Translations under genes and position numbers: made by a program | Assembly (NCBI GenBank): GCA_965205655.1 | Contig: CBDBIJ010000071.1 | Coordinates: 1 to 30,958 of the forward strand | Reading direction: 5' to 3' | Source: Candidatus Latescibacterota bacterium | GTDB lineage: Bacteria > Latescibacterota > UBA2968 > UBA8231 | Length of the DNA: 30,958 bases | The notes under the pieces: generated by a model | Told to the model about the DNA's origin: nothing | The model's input: only the letters and a program-made list of their open reading frames with translations | Databases searched by the model: none | Part shown: one piece after another, positions 25,878 to 30,958 of the stretch | How the letters are laid out: every line of letters starts with the position of its first letter | Numbering within the stretch: position 1 is the stretch's first letter

Positions 25878-27920
25878 ATGCTAGCGCATCTGTCAGAGCA
25901 GATCGAGTCACTTCCTGGCGTCGGACCAAGGCGCGGTGGTGCACTCCGGGCGGCGGGGATCTCGACCGTCGGTGAGCTGCTACTGAGGCCGCCACGTCGT
26001 TATCTCGACCGCAGTCAGCTCACGTCGGTGTCAGAGGCCCCTTTAGGAGAGGAGATCACGCTGATTTGCGCGGTGCTAACTGCCGCCATACCCAACCGGG
26101 GCGGCCGTCATAGAGCGAGGCGACAACCTCCGGCGAGAGTCGTCGTGAAGGACGATTCCGGTAAGCTGACCTGCATTTGGTTTCACGGCGGCCAGCACCT
26201 CCACTTCAAGGTGGGAGATCTCGTTGCCCTGAGTGGCATGGTGGAGGAGTACGGTGGAGGGAGACAGATGATCCACCCAGAGGTGGAGGTACTCATCGAC
26301 GAATCCAGGCCACAGCTCCATACCGGCGGCATTATCCCCCTTTACCGGTCGAGCGCCGAGATGAAGCAGGTCAAGCTCGAAAGTCGCGGTTTTCGTCGAC
26401 TCGTCAGTGCCGCATTGACCGCTTTCGCCGACTCCCTGGAAGACACCCTGCCAGCAGAGCTCAGAGCGCGTTGCGATTTGATGGACCTGGGGCAAAGCTT
26501 GCGCGCACTGCACTTTCCGCAGTCGGCGGAGGAGGCGGAGCAAGCCCGTCGCCGACTGGTGTTCGAGGAACTGTTCACGCTTCAGTGCGAGGTGCTCCGC
26601 CAGCGCAAACAGCGTATGGCCGCGGGGGAGGGCATCTCCTTTCGGCCGAGCCGCAAATTCGTGCCGGGACTGCTGGAATCTCTGCCATTCGACCTAACTC
26701 GGGCTCAGGAACGGGCGTTCAGAGAGATCGAAACAGACATGGGTCAGAGATACCCAATGAGACGGCTGCTCCACGGGGAGGTTGGATCGGGCAAGACGAT
26801 CGTGGCGACCTGCGCCATGCTCACCGCTGCTGAAGGGGGCCGGCAGGCTGCCCTGATGGTCCCAACCGAAATCCTTGCAGAGCAACACTTCCTGCTCCTG
26901 CGCTCGCTGCTGAAAGGGGCGGGCACTGTTCCGCTGCTCCTGACCGGAGGGAGGCGGGGCGCGGCTCGAGAGGAAGCACTGACGGCGATCCGGAGCGGCA
27001 GCGCCAGCATCGTCATCGGCACACACGCACTCATACAGGAGGGAGTGCAGTTCGCCAACCTGGGTCTGATCGTAGTGGACGAGCAGCATCGTTTCGGCGT
27101 GCTGCAGCGAGCTGAGCTTTGCGATAAGGGGCCGCAGGCGGATATGCTGGTGATGACGGCAACACCCATCCCGCGCTCACTCGCATTGAGTCTGTACGGA
27201 GATCTGGATGTCTCCGTGCTCGACGAATTGCCAATGGGAAGGCGACCGGTGACGACGCTGCTGAGGGCCCCGGGCCAGCGAGATGAGGTGTACGCCTCAG
27301 TGGCTGACGAGCTCCGCAGCGGGCACCAAGCGTTTATCGTTTTTCCACACATCGAGGACGCGAAGGAGGAGGGATACGGGGAAGTCAAGTCGGCCTCGAG
27401 GGGATTCGAGGAGCTTTCCAGAGGTGCCCTGTCCGCATTTGAGCTTGGACTCCTTCACGGGCGCATGTCCACTGACGAAAAGGCGGAAGTCATGGGGCAG
27501 TTCGCTTCTGGACAGATCCAGGCCATCGTGTGCACGACCGTCATCGAAGTCGGCGTCGACATCCCCAACGCCACGATAATGGTTGTGGAGCACGCCGAGC
27601 GCTTCGGACTGGCCCAGTTGCACCAGCTTCGGGGTCGCGTGGGTCGTGGGGACTGGTCATCCCACTGTGTTCTCGTGCGGTATGCTACCGGTGACGGTGA
27701 CGGAGGAGGGCCGAGTGAATCCCGCCTGCAGGCACTGTGTGCGACCGACGACGGATTCGCAATCGCCAGGGCAGATCTCGAGATCCGCGGGCCCGGCGAG
27801 TTGAGAGGGACGCGGCAAGCGGGGATGCCCGATCTCGTCCTGGCCGATCCGGTGCGCGATGAGGAGCTGCTCGTCAGGGCCAGAGAAGAGGCGGGACGCC
27901 ACCTCGGTGTTGAGGGTTAA
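25878..27920 (+). CDS. recG: ATP-dependent DNA helicase RecG
   Basis: GVGP, PRRYLDRS, RRLVFEEL, LLHGEVGSGKT, DEQHRFG, MTATPIPRSL, QLRGRVGRG, DLEIRGPGE. Confidence 0.96.
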   Translation: MLAHLSEQIESLPGVGPRRGGALRAAGISTVGELLLRPPRRYLDRSQLTSVSEAPLGEEITLICAVLTAAIPNRGGRHRARRQPPARVVVKDDSGKLTCIWFHGGQHLHFKVGDLVALSGMVEEYGGGRQMIHPEVEVLIDESRPQLHTGGIIPLYRSSAEMKQVKLESRGFRRLVSAALTAFADSLEDTLPAELRARCDLMDLGQSLRALHFPQSAEEAEQARRRLVFEELFTLQCEVLRQRKQRMAAGEGISFRPSRKFVPGLLESLPFDLTRAQERAFREIETDMGQRYPMRRLLHGEVGSGKTIVATCAMLTAAEGGRQAALMVPTEILAEQHFLLLRSLLKGAGTVPLLLTGGRRGAAREEALTAIRSGSASIVIGTHALIQEGVQFANLGLIVVDEQHRFGVLQRAELCDKGPQADMLVMTATPIPRSLALSLYGDLDVSVLDELPMGRRPVTTLLRAPGQRDEVYASVADELRSGHQAFIVFPHIEDAKEEGYGEVKSASRGFEELSRGALSAFELGLLHGRMSTDEKAEVMGQFASGQIQAIVCTTVIEVGVDIPNATIMVVEHAERFGLAQLHQLRGRVGRGDWSSHCVLVRYATGDGDGGGPSESRLQALCATDDGFAIARADLEIRGPGELRGTRQAGMPDLVLADPVRDEELLVRAREEAGRHLGVEG

Positions 27921-27925
27921 CTGAG

Positions 27926-29533
27926 TTGAGGCGCGCGCTCGGCGACAGATCGTGGAGCTTCGCCTCCGGGTTCGTCACGGCGGTCTGTCTTCTCCTGGCC
28001 GTGCTGGCGTTTCTGAGATTCGAGAATCTCCTCGCCGGTGAACCCGGTTTCCCCCTCGACGACACCTACATCCACTTCCAGCTCGCCCGCAACCTCAGCC
28101 TCGGGGACGGCATGTATTTCAATCCAGGTGAGCCTGTCGCGGCATCGTCGGCTCCTCTGTGGACGCTCACCCTGGCCGCCCTCCACTTGCTGCCGTCGGA
28201 CCCAGTCATCGCCGCGAAGGTGGCGGGAGTGGTGCTCCTGTGGACTGCCGGTCTGTTGACGTGGGGGCTGGCCCGAGCCGTCGGGCTCCCCCCTCCATGG
28301 GCCCTCCTTTGCAGCCTCAGCGTCGTTCTAACTCCCAGACTCGTGTGGGGAAGTCTGTCCGGCATGGAGATCTCTCTGTACACGGCCCTCGCGACTGGCG
28401 GAGTGTGGCTGCACGTAAAGGGTATGTCACATCCCCGCCCGCCGCCCTGGGGGACTTTCCTATTCGCCGCGGCCGCTCTGGCGCGGCCCGAGTGCCTCAT
28501 CCTGTTTCCGCTGGCGCTGCTGGACCGCTGGATGGCGTCATCACAAAAAGGGGGGGGCGAGGTCATTCGCGTCTATGGGATGCACGCCCTGTTATATGCC
28601 TGCCTGTTGGCGCCGGCAGTCTTTTTCAACCTGTGGACGAGCGGACGACCCCTGCCCGGCACCTTCTACGCCAAAGTCGGAGACTACGGGCTCGCAGGTG
28701 CGGTTGCCAATCTCGATCTGGAGCAGCTCGCAAGGACCCTGCTGTATTACCCCCTCGTGCAGGCTCAGGAGCTGTTCCGGCTCGGCGCAGACAGCAATGT
28801 CCTGCTGGCGTGCGCCGCCCCCCTCGGCCTCACTGCTCTTCTCGGACGCGGCTGCGCCAGCGAGCGAGTCAAGAAAGGCGCGCGCCTCATTCCCCTGATT
28901 CTCATCCTCTTTCCCTTAATCCGCGGCATCGTCGCCCCCTTCAAGGGGCCGCTGTTCCAGCACGGCCGCTACGCCGCCAGTATGGTTCCCCTGCTGATTA
29001 TTGTAGGGGCAGTCGGATTGCGTCAGGCGCTGTCGCTGATCATCCGAGGGCCCTCCACCTCTCATTGGTGTGATTCCCAGCCTGCGGCGATTATGGCCTG
29101 GGGACTCGTCTTTCTCATCTATGTCGCAGGCATCTTCGAGTACGGGAGGGAGTACGGCAGCAATGTCGCTGACATCGATCGGATGCACGTGGAAATGGCT
29201 CGCTGGATCGCCGAGCACACGCCCGCGGATGCGGTCGTTGCCAGCCACGACGTCGGGGCACTGGGGTACTTTTCCCGGCGGCGGGTTGTGGACACGGCCG
29301 GCCTCGTAACTCCGGAGGTGCTCGATCACCTGCAGCCGGGTGTGCCAGCGGATGACGGGGTACTCGAGTACCTGCGCGAGGTCAGACCCGATTACCTCGT
29401 GATCATGCCGACGTGGTACCCCCGACTGGCCCGAATGAGACGCCATTTCGAGCCCGAGCACGAAGTCCGCCTCGGCGACGGCCCATCGATCGCCTCCGGT
29501 TACCGGTTCGTCGCCTATCGGGCGACGTGGTGA
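27926..29533 (+). CDS. GT-C-fold polytopic membrane glycosyltransferase
   Basis: First loop GFPLDDTYIHFQLARN, SGME, ARPE, PGTFYAK, more than 10 TM segments, C-terminal DVGALGYFS...VVDTAGLVTP. Start codon uncertain. Confidence 0.7.
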   Translation: MRRALGDRSWSFASGFVTAVCLLLAVLAFLRFENLLAGEPGFPLDDTYIHFQLARNLSLGDGMYFNPGEPVAASSAPLWTLTLAALHLLPSDPVIAAKVAGVVLLWTAGLLTWGLARAVGLPPPWALLCSLSVVLTPRLVWGSLSGMEISLYTALATGGVWLHVKGMSHPRPPPWGTFLFAAAALARPECLILFPLALLDRWMASSQKGGGEVIRVYGMHALLYACLLAPAVFFNLWTSGRPLPGTFYAKVGDYGLAGAVANLDLEQLARTLLYYPLVQAQELFRLGADSNVLLACAAPLGLTALLGRGCASERVKKGARLIPLILILFPLIRGIVAPFKGPLFQHGRYAASMVPLLIIVGAVGLRQALSLIIRGPSTSHWCDSQPAAIMAWGLVFLIYVAGIFEYGREYGSNVADIDRMHVEMARWIAEHTPADAVVASHDVGALGYFSRRRVVDTAGLVTPEVLDHLQPGVPADDGVLEYLREVRPDYLVIMPTWYPRLARMRRHFEPEHEVRLGDGPSIASGYRFVAYRATW

Positions 29534-29546
29534 GCGGTCGAAGGAC

Positions 29547-29575
29547 TTGACAACTGCACATTTGAATAGTATACT
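29547..29575 (+). promoter_or_regulatory. Near-consensus sigma70 promoter overlapped by nested inverted repeats
   Basis: TTGACA (29547-29552), 17-bp spacer, TATACT (29570-29575). Palindrome AATAGTATACTATT at 29565-29578; outer arms AACTGCAC and GTGCAGTT. Confidence 0.8.
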
Positions 29576-29614
29576 ATTGTGCAGTTTCACGACGACTCTT
29601 CATGGGAGGGTTCA

Positions 29615-29818
29615 ATGGAGCGCTTTGACAAGGACCGCATCGAACGGGCGGCGAGGATATACGCCTCAAACCAGGACGCGGGACTCGCCCTCGGAATTGC
29701 TCCGGGGAGCTTCGGTAGATTGTGTCGCCGGTTTGGCATCAAGACTCCGCAAGCCCGCCGGCGGCATGGGCGACCGGGACGCGGCGATGAGGTGGGTGAA
29801 ATGATAGATGTGGGATAA
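29615..29818 (+). CDS. Small helix-turn-helix protein (67 aa)
   Basis: RBS GGGAGG, then MERFDKDRIERAARIYASNQDAGLALGIAPGSFGRLCRRFGI, a Fis-like HTH pattern (N...A..ALGI....f.R). Confidence 0.7.
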   Translation: MERFDKDRIERAARIYASNQDAGLALGIAPGSFGRLCRRFGIKTPQARRRHGRPGRGDEVGEMIDVG

Positions 29819-29856
29819 ACGGCCGGGACAGCGGAAGAGTGAATGGAGGTATAGAG

Positions 29857-30303
29857 ATGCGACGAAGGAATCTCAACCGAGTCACTTTGATCGGGAATCT
29901 GGGATGCGATCCCGAAACGAGGTTCACGCCGGGCGGGAGCCAAGTCACCACTGCAAGTCTGGCCACGAACGACCGCTGGATGAACCGGAACGGCGAACCG
30001 CAGCGCCGCACCGAGTGGCATCGGCTCGTGTTCTGGCGCCGCCTCGCAGAGATCGCCGGACAGTACCTGGTCAAAGGAACTCGGCTGTACGTCGATGGAC
30101 GCCTGCAGACGCGATCCTGGGAGGATGCGAACGGCCAGCGACACCACACGACGGAGATCGTCGTCAACAACATGAGAATGCTCGATGCGCCGGGCGGCCC
30201 GGGGGAACTCGACATGTCGTACGGAGGCGAGGAGGCCGAGCAACTCAACTTTACCGACGAGATGTCGGCGCCAGCCGGCAGGGATGACGGCCTGCCTTTC
30301 TGA
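29857..30303 (+). CDS. ssb: Single-stranded DNA-binding protein
   Basis: LNRVTLIGNLG.DPE.R.TP.G, LATN..W, TEWHR, YVDGRLQTRSWED, acidic tail DDGLPF. RBS GGAGG. Confidence 0.96.
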   Translation: MRRRNLNRVTLIGNLGCDPETRFTPGGSQVTTASLATNDRWMNRNGEPQRRTEWHRLVFWRRLAEIAGQYLVKGTRLYVDGRLQTRSWEDANGQRHHTTEIVVNNMRMLDAPGGPGELDMSYGGEEAEQLNFTDEMSAPAGRDDGLPF

Positions 30304-30398
30304 TTTGCAACCGCTCCGCAACCGTCTTGACGACGACGAGGCGCAATCCAATATTGCAGCCCTCTCCTATATACATCTCCGTCCGACGGGAGTCAGCG

Positions 30399-30958
30399 AT
30401 GAGATACGGGGCGATTTCACGTTCGTGTCTTTCCACAGCTCTAATTCTGAGCGCGGCGCCCGCGTCCGGCTGGTGGGTCGACGGCCATGCCGTACACACA
30501 GAAGCGGCCGTCCTGTCGCTGCCGGCGAGTATGCCGTCGTTTTTTCGAGGCAGCGCGGACGTTATCGCCCACTTCTCCGCCGATCCGGACCTGGCCAAGA
30601 ATCCGGGATTGTCGCTGCTGCGCGAAAAGGAACGGCCCGAACATTATCTGGACCTGGAGCTACTGGAAGGACAGACGCCTCCCGACACGAGAGGTGGGTT
30701 CGTCCGTCTGTGCAACCAGCTGCGGGTCGAGCCGTCAAGAGTCGGCTTCGCGGTCTATGCCATATCCGAGTGGGCCGAGAGGCTCGCGCTTGCCTTCGCC
30801 GAATACAGGAAATGGCCGTCGGCGGCGCTGCAATACAAATGCCTCGTCTACGCCGGCCTGCTTGCCCATTACGCCCAGGATTTGTGCCAGCCGCTCCACA
30901 CCACCATTCACTTCGACGGCAGAGTAAATGGAGGCGATGAATCGCCTCTTGGCGATAA
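30399..30958 (+). CDS. Secreted S1/P1 nuclease / zinc-dependent phospholipase C family protein (partial, runs off right edge)
   Basis: Manual translation: MRYGAISRSCLSTALILSAAPASG-WWVDGH...DPD...EHYLDLE...LAHYAQDLCQPLHTT. No stop before the window end; absent from the ORF track. Confidence 0.82.
   Translation, partial: MRYGAISRSCLSTALILSAAPASGWWVDGHAVHTEAAVLSLPASMPSFFRGSADVIAHFSADPDLAKNPGLSLLREKERPEHYLDLELLEGQTPPDTRGGFVRLCNQLRVEPSRVGFAVYAISEWAERLALAFAEYRKWPSAALQYKCLVYAGLLAHYAQDLCQPLHTTIHFDGRVNGGDESPLGD

Noticed and set aside
30185..30940. ORF-track calls 30185..30940 and 30487..30927
   Set aside because: They are off-frame shadows of the S1/P1-family gene starting at 30399.

Overview
GC-rich bacterial chromosomal window (roughly 60-65% GC by eye). 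The small HTH family and overall gene style suggest a Latescibacterota/Gemmatimonadota-like lineage; that is inference only. Left to right: a ClpX-like AAA+ ATPase (minus strand, frameshifted, runs off the left edge); an LpoA-like TPR/periplasmic-binding protein; a 30-bp tandem duplication that copies a sigma70 promoter core; an FmdB zinc-ribbon protein; a TPR lipoprotein. Next is a ~15-kb, largely translationally coupled operon in which a MoxR-DUF58-Bat(A-E) locus has a GldA/GldF/GldG/DUF4340 ABC-type cassette embedded in it, with an internally duplicated GldG. Then come an apparently intact IS256-family element, an orphan murG(+HEAT repeat)-mraY pair outside any dcw cluster, a membrane protein, and a PilZ/YcgR-type protein whose upstream region contains a candidate four-way-junction RNA. 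The window ends with recG, a GT-C-type membrane glycosyltransferase, a small HTH gene plus ssb behind a palindrome-covered promoter, and an S1/P1 nuclease/PLC-family gene missed by the ORF track. No rRNA, tRNA or CRISPR array was seen. Two +1 G insertions in G runs are probably sequencing errors.
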